Source: Pirellulales bacterium (GTDB lineage: Bacteria > Planctomycetota > Planctomycetia > Pirellulales > PALSA-1355). From it: a DNA stretch of 64,000 bases. Below the pieces are notes generated by a model. That model did no database searches, had not been told where the DNA came from, and saw only the letters and a program-made list of their open reading frames with translations. Positions 20,798 to 31,588 of this stretch are shown one piece after another. The stretch is from NCBI GenBank assembly GCA_963733035.1, contig CAVTBU010000007.1, positions 544,001-608,000 of the forward strand, written 5' to 3'. Within the stretch, counting starts at the first letter, position 1; each line of letters starts with the position of its first letter. The position numbers and the translations under genes are program-made.

Positions 20798-22780
20798 GTG
20801 AATGTACTGACCCGCATGCGGCAATGGTGGATCACGCGCGAGCGCGTGGACGACTCGCCCTGGGACGGCGATACGCCGGCCTGGTTGCTGAGCTTGCTCG
20901 TGCATCTGGGGATCCTTGTCGGGCTGACGCTGGTGGTGATCGCGCGGCCCGAAAAGCAACAGTTCGTCTCGGTGCTGGCCACCACGGTGGAGCCGCCGGA
21001 TCCACTGACGACAAGCGAAGACTTTGCCTACTCGGAAGTGCCGAAGGACGAAATTGGAGCCGCGTCCGCCGGACGTGCCGATGCGAACTTTGCCTTGGCG
21101 CCGGCCCTCTCGCTCGAGCCGACCCCGGCCGAGCTCGAAATCGACGATCAGCCCTTGGTTACCGAAGCGGTGCCGATGCGCGAAGAGATTCGCCTGGCCA
21201 CGGGGCCCAAATTCGCCGAGAACCTGACAATCATGGGTTCGGCCGGCGTGGGAGCCGTGGGCACCGGGGGCGCCATCGATCGACTGACGCAGGAAATCGT
21301 GCTCAAGTTGGAAGAGCGGCCGACCTTGATTGTCTGGCTGTTCGATCAGTCGGGCAGCTTGGAACGGCAACGGGGCGAAATCGCCAAGCGGTTTGGCCGC
21401 ATCTACGACGAACTGGGCGTGATCGAGGCCAGCGGCAAAGAGGCTTTCGCCAAACATGAGGATAAGCCGCTGCTCACCTCCATCGTCGAGTTCGGCCAGA
21501 ATGTGACGTTCCTGACACCCAAGCCAACCGACGACATCGACGAAATCAAGGCCGCCGTGGCCAGCATCAAGACCGACGACAGCGGCATCGAACGCACTTT
21601 TGGCGCCGTGGCCCAAACCATCGAGCGTTACCGTCCGCTCCGAACGCAAGCACCGCGGCGAAACGTAATGCTCGTCATTTTCACCGACGAAGTGGGCGAC
21701 GACGAAAACGACCTGGATCGCACGGTCGCGATTGCCAGGCGACTGGAAATTCCCGTGTATTGCATCGGCGTGCCCGCACCGTTCGGACGGCGCGACGCCA
21801 GCATCAAATACGTCGATCCCGACCCGAAGTACGACCAAACGCCGCAGCCGGTGGCCGTGCGTCAGGGCCCCGAGTCGTTCATGCCAGAGCTCGTCAAGAT
21901 CGGCGAGGAAACCGACGACGCGCTCGACTCAGGCTTCGGTCCCTACAGCCTCACCCGGCTCTGTTATGAAACGGGCGGCATCTTTTTCGCCGTGCATCCA
22001 AATCGACGGGAGGGGCGGACGATCAGTTGGCGCGAGACGACCGTGTTGTCGGCGCAACTCAGCCATTTCTTCAATCCCGATCGGATGCGCAACTATCGCC
22101 CTGACTACGTGTCAATCAAGGAGTATCAGCGGCTGCTGTCCGAGAACAAGGCTCGCCAGGCCTTGGTGCAGGCGGCACAAATGTCGTGGCTTACGCCGAT
22201 GGACAAACCGACCATGACCTTTCCGAAAGTCAGCGATGCCGATTTGGCCAACCGGCTTTCACGCGCGCAGCAGGCGGCCGCCGTGCTCGAGCCAAAAATC
22301 GAGCGACTCTATGAGACGCTCGCGATGGGCGAGAAGGACCGGCCGAAGTTGACGACTCCCCGCTGGCAGGCCGGTTATGACTTGTCGATGGGACGCGTCC
22401 TGGCGATGAAAGTTCGCACCGAAAGTTACAACGCCATGCTGGCCAAGGCCAAACAGGGGATGCGGTTCACCAACGCCAAGAACGATACCTGGCAACTCGC
22501 GAGGGCGGATCAGATCTCCGTGGGCAGCGTGCTCGAAAAGCAGGCCGCCCTGGCCCGGCAATACCTCGAACGCGTCGTGAAAGAGCACCCCGGCACCCCC
22601 TGGGCCCTGTTGGCCGAGCGCGAGCTGAAAGAACCCTTCGGCTGGGAGTGGCGTGAAACCTATACCGGCGTGAATCAGCCCCGGCAGGTGGCGGCCAACA
22701 ACAATCCTCCCCGGCAGCGGCGCGATGACAAAGCCCGCATGCTTCCGCGGCCCGAGCGCCGTCCACCGCCCAAGCTGTAG
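20798..22780 (+). CDS. vWA domain protein with an N-terminal TM segment
   Basis: SLLVHLGILV TM, MIDAS motif FDQSGS, IFTDEVGDD. Confidence 0.85.
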   Translation: MNVLTRMRQWWITRERVDDSPWDGDTPAWLLSLLVHLGILVGLTLVVIARPEKQQFVSVLATTVEPPDPLTTSEDFAYSEVPKDEIGAASAGRADANFALAPALSLEPTPAELEIDDQPLVTEAVPMREEIRLATGPKFAENLTIMGSAGVGAVGTGGAIDRLTQEIVLKLEERPTLIVWLFDQSGSLERQRGEIAKRFGRIYDELGVIEASGKEAFAKHEDKPLLTSIVEFGQNVTFLTPKPTDDIDEIKAAVASIKTDDSGIERTFGAVAQTIERYRPLRTQAPRRNVMLVIFTDEVGDDENDLDRTVAIARRLEIPVYCIGVPAPFGRRDASIKYVDPDPKYDQTPQPVAVRQGPESFMPELVKIGEETDDALDSGFGPYSLTRLCYETGGIFFAVHPNRREGRTISWRETTVLSAQLSHFFNPDRMRNYRPDYVSIKEYQRLLSENKARQALVQAAQMSWLTPMDKPTMTFPKVSDADLANRLSRAQQAAAVLEPKIERLYETLAMGEKDRPKLTTPRWQAGYDLSMGRVLAMKVRTESYNAMLAKAKQGMRFTNAKNDTWQLARADQISVGSVLEKQAALARQYLERVVKEHPGTPWALLAERELKEPFGWEWRETYTGVNQPRQVAANNNPPRQRRDDKARMLPRPERRPPPKL

Positions 22781-22811
22781 CCGCCGTGCCGGATCTGCCC
22801 GGTCTGCCCCC

Positions 22812-23471
22812 TTAGTTGTACACGGCGGTGCTGTCGTTGGCGAAATCGACCGTTGGGTCGTGATCGTAGAAGTAATGGGCGATCTGTCGGGCCAGGTAGG
22901 AGACAAACTTGCGGCGGAAATGCGCTTCCTGGTTGTCGCTGGCCGGAATCGGAGCCGTCGGCGGATAGACGGCCTGCGGCAGGTTCTTTTCGAAGGCCGG
23001 TTCGCGCGAGGCCTGAACGTCGTACACGAGCAGGTGCACGTTCGCCTTGCCCTGATACAACGTCTGCCCGTGGAAGAGGGTAAAGTCTTCGAGGTCGATT
23101 CCCACCACCATGTCGGCGTTCAGCGCCTTGCCGATCTCGGCGTAATCCTCCCAGTTGTTTTCGTCCGCCCACTCAATCACTTCGCGCTGGTCGATCAAGT
23201 GGATCTTGCTCACGTTTTGCTCGAGGAGCAAACTCACATGTTTGGCCAGGTCGCGCGAGACACTCGAATCGCGAAAGTGCAGCGAGGTGACGGGTCGGCA
23301 GACGACCGCTACCCGTTTGCCCCGCAAGCCATTGAATTCGGCGGCCGTATTTTGGCCCGAAACGACGTACATTGCCGTGGCCATCAGGTTGCAACCGGTG
23401 GCAATCGCCAAAGGCGAAACCAGGAAGAACAAGGCCAACATCAGGCCGAGCCGCTTTTGCAAGCGATCCAT
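22812..23471 (-). CDS. Hypothetical lipoprotein
   Basis: Signal peptide ending ATGC; EIGKALNADMVVGIDL. Confidence 0.7.
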   Translation of the reverse strand: MDRLQKRLGLMLALFFLVSPLAIATGCNLMATAMYVVSGQNTAAEFNGLRGKRVAVVCRPVTSLHFRDSSVSRDLAKHVSLLLEQNVSKIHLIDQREVIEWADENNWEDYAEIGKALNADMVVGIDLEDFTLFHGQTLYQGKANVHLLVYDVQASREPAFEKNLPQAVYPPTAPIPASDNQEAHFRRKFVSYLARQIAHYFYDHDPTVDFANDSTAVYN

Positions 23472-23570
23472 CGCCGTACCTCGCATTCATCCGTGAAACG
23501 TGTGGTAGTTTTCGCACAGCCGGCCGCATCTTGCGGCCATGGGGTCATCTTGTTCGTCGCGTCGAACCGT

Positions 23571-24041
23571 TCAGCCCGACAGCAGTCGAAATATCCATTC
23601 GAACAACACCAGGCCGGTGAGCACGAGACTCGCGCCCGCCACGGTTGTCTCGCCGGGCTGCCAGGCCAGCCGTTTTCCCTGCACCGCCACGATGATCGCT
23701 CCGAGCCCCACGACCAGCGCCACAACCGCCAATAGCGTGCCCGTCGCGTGCGTTGCCAGCGCGTCGAGCGCCCGGCCCTTGGTAACCAGAGCCCACGACG
23801 TCGTCATGCCGCACGCCGGGCACGGAATGCCTGCCACAATTGTTAGGGTGCAAGGTGGTAAACCGAGTTGCTCGTGCGTGCCTCTGCCGCGAGGGTCGGG
23901 CCTGAGCAGGCCTGCCAGCACCAAGGTGCCCAGCAATCCGGCTCCCACTAGCGCCGCCAAGAAACGTGAGCGGCGGGAAAGCTCGGCCGACTTATTTCCC
24001 GTGGACAAAGTCACGCGAATTCTGAAAGGGAGGCGGAGCAT
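23571..24041 (-). CDS. DUF2752 family membrane protein
   Basis: GTHEQLGLPPC...GIPCPACGMTTSW; start is uncertain. Confidence 0.85.
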   Translation of the reverse strand: MLRLPFRIRVTLSTGNKSAELSRRSRFLAALVGAGLLGTLVLAGLLRPDPRGRGTHEQLGLPPCTLTIVAGIPCPACGMTTSWALVTKGRALDALATHATGTLLAVVALVVGLGAIIVAVQGKRLAWQPGETTVAGASLVLTGLVLFEWIFRLLSG

Positions 24042-24965
24042 AGCGATCGCCGGCGAGACGTGCAAGGCCGCTTCGCTCGGCAGTTGCCGGTCCTGGGTTG
24101 ACGGAGTTCAGGTCCCTGCCAAAACGATCTCTAGACTGTACCGCGCCCGGCGCGGCCGCGGCTAGCTGATCCACCTCGGCCTGCTTCAAGCGGATCCGCT
24201 CAATGGCCGTCGCCTTTCCCGTTTCCGGGTCGACGTCCACCAGCGTTGCTAGCAATTGTACATCGCCGTGGGCCACTTCAAAATGCGTGGGATTGAACGT
24301 GAGCGTCGATTCGAGCACGCGCTCGACGCGCCTTCCCAACACGCTATCCAGCGGGCCCGTCATGCCCACGTCGCACTGAAAAGCGGTGCCGGCGGGCAAG
24401 ATCGTTTCGTCGGCCGTCGGCACGTGCGTGTGAGTTCCCAGCACGGCGCTGCAGCGGCCGTCGAGATACCGCCCCATCAGCTGTTTGTCGCTGGTGGCCT
24501 CGGCGTGGAAGTCGACTAAAATCACCTTAACTTCCGGCGGCAACGCGGCCAGCACCCGATCGGCGGCCGTCCAGGGACAATCGACCGGCCGCATGAACAC
24601 CCGACCCAGCAGGCTGACCACGGCGACGTCGACACCGTTGCGAGCGCGCACAATCGCGAACTCGCGCCCGGCGCCGTGCCGGGAAAGTTGGCCGGCTTGA
24701 CGATGTTCGGCTGCGTTTCGAGCACCGACACGATTTCGCGGCGGCGATAAATGTGATCGCCGAGCGTGATGCAATCGACGCCCGCGGCGATGAGCTCCTG
24801 GTAGTTGGCCGGCGTCAGCCCCGATCCGCCCGCGCAGTTCTCGGCGTTTGCCACGACCAGATCGATGTCGCGCGTGGCGACCAGGCCCCGCACCGAACGA
24901 ACCACGATCTGCCTGCCGGGCTTGCCGACGATATCTCCGATCAACAACAACCGCACGCTGTTCAC
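23992..24965 (-). CDS. ymdB: YmdB/TIGR00282 metallophosphoesterase; frameshift near 24667, true 3' end probably near 24130-24165
   Basis: IGDIVGKPGR, NAEN, TLGDH, VDFHAEATSDK, GTHTHVPTAD, DVGMTG; directly downstream of rny. Confidence 0.88.
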
Positions 24966-24974
24966 GCTGCTTTC

Positions 24975-26528
24975 TTACTTGGCCATCTCGGTGATCCGCG
25001 TTTCACGCAGGACGGTAACTTTGATTTCGCCGGGATACGTCAGTTGCTCTTCGAACGCGTGGGCAATATCGTGACAAATCTTGGCCGCCGAGGCGTCCGT
25101 CGTGTCCTTGGCGTTCACCAGCACCCGCAGTTCGCGCCCCGCCTGAATGGCAAACGCCTGATCCACTCCGGCAAAGCTGGTGGCGATCTGCTCCAGCTCT
25201 TCCATCCGTTTGATGTAACGTTCGAGCGTCTCGCGTCGTGCGCCCGGCCGCGACGCGCTGCACGCGTCGGCCGCGGCAACCAGCACCGTGTACGGGTGAT
25301 CGACGCGAATGTCGTCGTGATGGCCGAGCGCGGCATGGACCACTTCCGGGCCTTCGCCGTAGCGCTTGAGCAATTCGGCGCCGATTTTGGGATGTCCCCC
25401 TTCGGCTTCATGGTCGGCCGCCTTGCCGATGTCGTGTAACAACCCGCAGCGGCGTGCCAGGCGGGCATCGAGCCCCATTTCCTCGGCCAATAATCCCGTC
25501 AAGAACGCCACTTCGATCGAGTGCCGCAGCACGTTCTGGCTGTAGCTGGTGCGAAACCGCAGCCGGCCTAGCAAGTGAATGATCTTGGGATGCAGACCCG
25601 GAATGTCGGCTTCCTGCGCGGCCTCCTCGCCCCGTTTCTGGATGTGCGTTTCCATCTCGGTTTGGGTTTCACTCACGATCTCTTCGATGCGGGCCGGATG
25701 GATGCGGCCATCGGCAATCAGTTTGTTGAGCGACATCCGGGCGATTTCCCGGCGCACGGTGTCGAAGCCGCTGACGATTACCACGCCCGGCGTGTCGTCG
25801 ATGATCACGTCGACGCCGGTGGCCTTTTCGAAGGCCCGGATATTGCGGCCTTCGCGGCCGATAATGCGGCCCTTCATTTCGTCGTTGGGAATGTCGACGG
25901 TGCTGGTCGTGGTTTCGGCCGTATGGGCCGCGGCATAGCGCTGGATACTGGTTAGCAGGATGTCGCGCGTCTTGGCCTCGGTCACCTCGGCCATCTTCTT
26001 CTCATGCTTGAGAATGACGGCTCCGGCTTCGTGCTGGAGCTCGCCTTCGAGCATTTCCATCAGCCGTTTGGTGGCTTCCTCGCGGCTCATGCCGCTCAGC
26101 GAGTGCAGAGTCTGCCGCTGAACGTCCAGTACATTGGCCAGTTCTTCATTGCGGCGATTCGTATCTTCGATCTTCTCGGTCAGTTTACGCTGGGTCGTTT
26201 CAACCATCTTCTCCTGCCGGCGGAGCTGATCGAACTGTTGCTCGACCGTGTCCTGACGCTTATCGAGCAGACGCTCGCGCTCGTGGAGCTCCTGCCGCAT
26301 CTTGCTCAGCTCACGCTCTCCCTCGGCCTTTTGCTGGATCGCCAGCTCCTTGATTTCGAGCTCGGCCTCCTTGCGGCGATTGGCGCTTTCCCGATCGGCC
26401 TGAGAGATGATCTCGCGGGCTTCCGTTTCGGCATCGCGCCGGCGGAGCCGGTCGATAAACTTGGTAACGATGAAAGTGAGAACAACGGCCACAGCGATGG
26501 CCAGTGCGGCGATGATAGGATTGGACAC
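24975..26528 (-). CDS. rny: Ribonuclease Y
   Basis: N-terminal TM, coiled coil, KH domain ([13 protein letters not shown]), HD domain (LLHDIGK). Confidence 0.96.
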   Translation of the reverse strand: MSNPIIAALAIAVAVVLTFIVTKFIDRLRRRDAETEAREIISQADRESANRRKEAELEIKELAIQQKAEGERELSKMRQELHERERLLDKRQDTVEQQFDQLRRQEKMVETTQRKLTEKIEDTNRRNEELANVLDVQRQTLHSLSGMSREEATKRLMEMLEGELQHEAGAVILKHEKKMAEVTEAKTRDILLTSIQRYAAAHTAETTTSTVDIPNDEMKGRIIGREGRNIRAFEKATGVDVIIDDTPGVVIVSGFDTVRREIARMSLNKLIADGRIHPARIEEIVSETQTEMETHIQKRGEEAAQEADIPGLHPKIIHLLGRLRFRTSYSQNVLRHSIEVAFLTGLLAEEMGLDARLARRCGLLHDIGKAADHEAEGGHPKIGAELLKRYGEGPEVVHAALGHHDDIRVDHPYTVLVAAADACSASRPGARRETLERYIKRMEELEQIATSFAGVDQAFAIQAGRELRVLVNAKDTTDASAAKICHDIAHAFEEQLTYPGEIKVTVLRETRITEMAK

Positions 26529-26733
26529 GGTGGTTCCCTCGAATTCCTGCGCCTTCATTGCCGGCGAGGGAAGCTTCGACGGGCTCACCCCGCGCCGCAG
26601 CATTCAGCGCGCGGAGGGCCACGTTATGAGGGAGTTGCGCCGTTTGCTTTAAGTCGAATCGCTGATGTGAATGGCGCTGTGCGCGGCAGTTCAGCGACGC
26701 GAGCTTCCGGCACGCGGATCAGAAGTCGACTTG

Positions 26734-27003
26734 GGAACCAGTGCTGGACAAGCCTGCCGTACGCCCGCCAACTTCCGGATAATCCGGACCAGGGCGCCGA
26801 GAGGATGGTTTGGTCGTTCGAAAGCCTCGCGCAGCAAATGTCTTGCCGCTGGAGAACTTTCGCTGAGGACATAATCCATGCTAAACCAATCTTGCGGGAC
26901 TCCCCCGCGACGATCGACGCGCTTCGTGCCTGTCCGATCTTGCGCCACAAGCGCCGAAGGGATCGCCGAAACGGTTGCCGTACGGAGGAATTCAACTGGT
27001 CTC
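26734..27003 (-). ncRNA. Large structured RNA upstream of rny (6S RNA-like position)
   Basis: Nested long-range complementarity: 26995-27003/26734-26742, 26979-26988/26753-26763, 26892-26898/26764-26771, 26883-26888/26806-26811, 26852-26862/26819-26828, 26843-26849/26831-26837. Confidence 0.5.
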
Positions 27004-27288
27004 GAAATCAGGCCGAGAACCCATCGCAAAAAAGCTAGCAGATACATCGTGGTTGCGATCTCCCGCAATACGCTTGTCTTAATCACCCGCTACAAAGTCG
27101 TTCTGATCGCTGCGCGCCCCAGAGAGGCGGCAACTCCCCCCGAACTTCACTCGGAGGCTCTTCAATTTGTTTGAATCGCATTCGGCGTTTCAGCGGTCGC
27201 GATCCGTGGGAAAACTCCCTAACGGTTTTCCAAATCGGCCCTTTCGACGAGCCACACGTTTCGAGGCGACTTTACGCCTAACCCCTTT

Positions 27289-27316
27289 ATGGTATCACAC
27301 TGGCGGTTGGCTGCAA
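27289..27316 (-). promoter_or_regulatory. Putative sigma-70 promoter reading toward rny
   Basis: TTGCAG-N16-TACCAT with an extended -10 TGn on the minus strand. Confidence 0.45.
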
Positions 27317-27487
27317 CCAAATTCGGGGCGCTTTGCTCCTAAGCTAAGCCGCTTGCCAATCGGCACTTAGCTCTGTGCCAGCTCGGCCGGATGGGAAACC
27401 TGGCAATTCTGTCCGTCGCGGGCCTAATGGTACGATAATGCTCGAAACGAATATCCACGCTGCTAGTTTGAAAGCCCCGGTGAACCT

Positions 27488-28501
27488 TTGCCGACCCCGG
27501 CTCGCGAACCCTTGGAACAAAAGATCACCCAGGCCTGGCCGACGGGTCTCTGGGGGCAGGTTCGCGTGCTGGTTGCCGTGTCGGGCGGAGCCGATAGCAT
27601 CGCCCTGCTACGTGCGATGCAACATCTTTCGGCGCCTGGACTTGGCGAATTGGTTGTCGCCCACTTCAACCACGGATTGCGCGGAGCGACGGCGCTTGCC
27701 GACGAGCAATTCGTCGTGACCTTGGCCGGATCGCTAGGCCTCAAGTGTGAGGTCGGCCATGCCGCCTCCCCCGTGGCCGGCATGATGCCCGACGGCATCG
27801 AAGCGGCCGCCCGATCTGCCCGCTATCAGTTTCTGGTGCAAACGGCCGAGCGACTCGGAGCACGTTACGTTGTCACCGGCCACACGGCCGACGATCAGGC
27901 CGAGACCGTGCTACATCACATTGTGCGGGGCACGGGGCTGTCTGGTCTGGCCGGGATGCGTCGCATGCGAGTGCTTAGCCCGGCGGTCACCTTGCTGCGT
28001 CCGATGTTGGACGTCCGGCGGGCGGAAGTGATTGAGTACCTCAAGATGTTAGGGCAGCCCTATCGCGACGACGAGTCAAACTTTGATCAATCCCTCACGC
28101 GCAACCGCATTCGCCATGAGCTGGTGCCACTACTGCGCGATTCGTACGCACCGTCGATCGTGGAATCGTTGAACCGTCTTGCTTCGCTCGCAGGCGATGC
28201 GCAGCGTGTGATCGACGCGGCGGCCGAGGCGCTGTTGCACGGAGCGCTCGAAAGCGCCGAAGTCGACCGCGTCGTGCTTGATTGCCAGAACTTCAAGTCC
28301 GCCGATCGGCATCTGGTGCGCGAAGCGTTCGTGGCCGTATGGCGCCGCCAGGATTGGCCGCGGCAGGCCATGGGCTTCCAGCACTGGGATGCATTGGCCG
28401 ACATGGCGATCGCCCAGGAATCGGTTGCGGCCTTCGTCGTGCCGGGTGCCATCAGAGCGCAAAAAACGGGCGAGCAACTTGTGCTCGCCCGTAAGTCGTG
28501 A
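27488..28501 (+). CDS. tilS: tRNA(Ile)-lysidine synthetase
   Basis: VAVSGGADS, HFNHGLR, EAAARSARY, GHTADDQAET, RNRIRH. Confidence 0.94.
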   Translation: MPTPAREPLEQKITQAWPTGLWGQVRVLVAVSGGADSIALLRAMQHLSAPGLGELVVAHFNHGLRGATALADEQFVVTLAGSLGLKCEVGHAASPVAGMMPDGIEAAARSARYQFLVQTAERLGARYVVTGHTADDQAETVLHHIVRGTGLSGLAGMRRMRVLSPAVTLLRPMLDVRRAEVIEYLKMLGQPYRDDESNFDQSLTRNRIRHELVPLLRDSYAPSIVESLNRLASLAGDAQRVIDAAAEALLHGALESAEVDRVVLDCQNFKSADRHLVREAFVAVWRRQDWPRQAMGFQHWDALADMAIAQESVAAFVVPGAIRAQKTGEQLVLARKS

Positions 28502-28519
28502 TCAACCAGATAAAACCGG

Positions 28520-30001
28520 TCAGGCCTGATCGGCTCGCGAGTCTTCGTAAATCGCCTCGGCGGCGGTCGGCTCGTGCGTGGTTTCCCGCTCCTGCCCGCT
28601 CGGTCCGATTTCCACAAGTTTGTATCCGCCAATGGCCCGGAAGTAGATCAGGAGGATCAGATAGCCAACGGCCATGCCGGCAGGAATGAGTGCGGTGATC
28701 TTGAGCGCCTGCTGCTTGCCGTAGACTTCGGCCGACTTGACCTCCTCGTAGATGGGGCTCTTGGGTTTGAGCTGCGCAACGGCGGTGCCGTCCAGGCCAT
28801 GCACCGGTGGGAAAAAGAGAAAGTGATTTTCTTCCGGGGCGGCAACCTGCTCATAGGCGGCAGGGCTCAACTCTTCGAGCTTATGCGCCGTGTTCACGTC
28901 CTGCGTGTAACCGATACCTGGGCCCCCCAGCACGCCAGCCGACAGCATGCCAATTCCGCCCATGGCCCCCATGGCCAACGCGCCCCCTTTGGGAAAGCGT
29001 TCGCCCACCACGCCGAGCATCGTCGGCCAGAGGAACGTTTTGCCAACACCGTAAATCGTGGCCGGAATCAGGATCAACCACACGTTTGCCGACCCGAGCA
29101 TGCTCCCCATCGAGAACAGGCCGATGCAGCCCAGGATCGAACTGACAAATAGGAGCCCTAGCGGATTGATGCGTTCCACGATCGGACCCGCGAAGAATCG
29201 CAGCACGAACATCAGGCCCGCCGTGTAAACCAACAGCAACACGCCGTTCTGGATAAAACCGCCCATGATGTTGGCAATCCAACTGTCGGTTCCCAGTTCG
29301 ACATAGCCGACCATGGCATGCAACAGCAGCAGGAACAACAACACGGGCGCGGCGAACTCGGCCAACATTTCGCCGAACTTGATACCCGCGGCTCGCGCTT
29401 CGGACTGTGGAAAGCGTTCCTTGAGCACGATCACTCCATACCACAGCGTGGGCACGAGAAAGAACATCATGGGGATTTCCCAACGAAGTTGCGTAATGAC
29501 GCACTTTTCGCCCACGAAGCCATAGGCCAGCAAACCACCCAGGATCAAACCACCGGGCCAACCGGCATGCAGAATGTTGAGATAGTGCGTTTTCTGTTTG
29601 GGATAGAGCGTGGCGACGAGCGGGTTGATCGCCGCCTCGCACATGCCGTTGGCCAGCGAAAACATGAACATGCCCCAATAGAGGCAACTATACGTGGCGT
29701 CTTTGCCGTAGCTTTCAAAAACCGGCGTCGCGGCGAGCGTCAGGGCCGCTGAACTGACGTGCAACAGAAAGGCACCGATCAGGATCAGCTTGTAGCCAAT
29801 CCGGTCGGCGAACAAACTGAAGCCGATGATCGTGAACGCCATGCCCGTCAGGCCGCCACCGGTAATTTGTCCCAACTCGGTTTGTGTGAAACCGAAGGCG
29901 GCGCCCCACTCGGCCAGTACGTCGGAACGTACGGCAAAGCCCATCCCCGCCGCGATCAGCGTCAAAAAACTGGCCCAGAAAATCTTGCCCGTCGACTGCA
30001 T
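28520..30001 (-). CDS. MFS transporter
   Basis: About 12 hydrophobic segments, ADRIGYK loop, EAAINPLVATLYP, LHAGWPGG. Confidence 0.9.
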   Translation of the reverse strand: MQSTGKIFWASFLTLIAAGMGFAVRSDVLAEWGAAFGFTQTELGQITGGGLTGMAFTIIGFSLFADRIGYKLILIGAFLLHVSSAALTLAATPVFESYGKDATYSCLYWGMFMFSLANGMCEAAINPLVATLYPKQKTHYLNILHAGWPGGLILGGLLAYGFVGEKCVITQLRWEIPMMFFLVPTLWYGVIVLKERFPQSEARAAGIKFGEMLAEFAAPVLLFLLLLHAMVGYVELGTDSWIANIMGGFIQNGVLLLVYTAGLMFVLRFFAGPIVERINPLGLLFVSSILGCIGLFSMGSMLGSANVWLILIPATIYGVGKTFLWPTMLGVVGERFPKGGALAMGAMGGIGMLSAGVLGGPGIGYTQDVNTAHKLEELSPAAYEQVAAPEENHFLFFPPVHGLDGTAVAQLKPKSPIYEEVKSAEVYGKQQALKITALIPAGMAVGYLILLIYFRAIGGYKLVEIGPSGQERETTHEPTAAEAIYEDSRADQA

Positions 30002-30310
30002 GCCTGGTTCTCCAGCAAAGGGACGCGTGGGGCGCTGCGCGGGGCCGCGGTTCCGCCTGGGGAGTGCGGCGAGCGCAGATATAGATTTGTGAGTATACAA
30101 GCCGCGAAGACCAAGTAAACCGACGGAATCTGCACACTTGGGGCAATTCGTCGCGACCGGCTCGGCACGGACAGTACAGCCGGGAAGCAACATCAAATTT
30201 GCCCAGCTTCGCGCGCCGCGGCGCGGCGCCCAACCTGCATTGACCCGCGCGGCTGGCAGCCCCTAACATGGCCGCCCCTTATAGTGGCCATCCGTCTGCA
30301 GCTACCGACC

Positions 30311-31588
30311 ATGCCGCGACTTACATCAAATCGAATCGCCTGGATTTTGATCCTGGCAGTCGCGCTTGCGCGCGGTTGACGTTGGGTGTCGTCTGGCAGG
30401 TGCGGCTTGGCGATCGGCAATTCTTTTTTGGCGACAGCATCGGCTACTGGGAGTTGGCCCGCACGATCGCGGCCGGCGAGCCCTATCAATATCTATCGCC
30501 CGAGGCGCGCGTGTTTCGCACGCCGGGTTATCCGGTCGTGCTATCGAGTGTATTTCTCATGTTCGGCCAGCAGCCGCCACTCTTTGCTGCGCGAGCGCTC
30601 AGCGCGCTATTGGGAACGGTGGCCGTGGGCGTGGCCGGCTGGTGGACCACTCGGCTGTTCGACGCGCGAACCGGTTGCATCGCCGGTTGGCTGACGGCGC
30701 TCTACCCGGGAAGCGTGGCGCTGGGTGTTTTTGTTTTGAGCGAAGCGCCCTTCTGCCCGTTGATGCTAGCGCACCTGGGGCTTTGGAGCGTGGCCTGGCA
30801 AGACACGTCGCGGCGTCGGGCCATCGGGCTGGCCGTTCTGGCTGGCGTGGTTGCCGCCGGCGCTGTGTTGATGCGTCCCAGTTGGCTGCTGTTCACGCCG
30901 TTTGCGATCACGGTGGGACTGCTTTTCGTGCGCGATCGCGCGCGGCAACTTTTGCTTGGCGGCGCAATCGAGCGCCTCGTTGTGTGCCTGCATGGTGCCT
31001 TGGTGGATTCACAATGCGCAGGTGACCGGGCGCTTCGTGCCGACGACGTTGCAGGTGGGTGCCAGCCTCTACGACGGTTTGCATCCCCAGGCGACCGGTG
31101 GCAGCGATATGCGTTTTGTGCCCGAATTTGTCGCCCGGCAGCGGGCCGAAGCAAACGTAATCGACGCCGGAGAATTCGAATACCAGCTTGATCGCCGGAT
31201 GTGGCAAGCTTCGCTCGACTGGGCCCGCCAGCATCCCGCTCGTGTATTGGAGTTGGCGGGAATCAAATTCTTGAGGATGTGGAACGTGTGGCCCAATGAG
31301 CCGGCGTTTCGCAATTGGTTGCTGCGGCTAGCGCTCATGGCGACGTACGGGCCGCTGTTAATTCTGAGCTTGATTGGCGTGTGGCGGTTTACGCCTTGGG
31401 GATGGCCCTACTTGCTCGCCTGGCTTCCGGCCGTCTATCTCACGCTGCTGCACGTGATCTTCGTCAGCTCGTTGCGTTATCGGGAGCCGGCAATGCTTGC
31501 ATTGGCTGTGCTCGCGGCCGGCGTGCTCGCCGGCGTGACAAGTAAAAAGAGTGTTGCTGGAACGACCGGCCCCGCCGCTGCCAGCTAG
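30311..31588 (+). CDS. GT-C glycosyltransferase (ArnT/PMT-like, family 39); frameshifts near 30371 and 30972
   Basis: GDSIGYWELA, FRTPGYP, LSEAPF, LMRPS, RYREP. Three reading-frame pieces starting at ATG 30311 (MPRLTSNRIAWILILAVAL). Confidence 0.8.
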
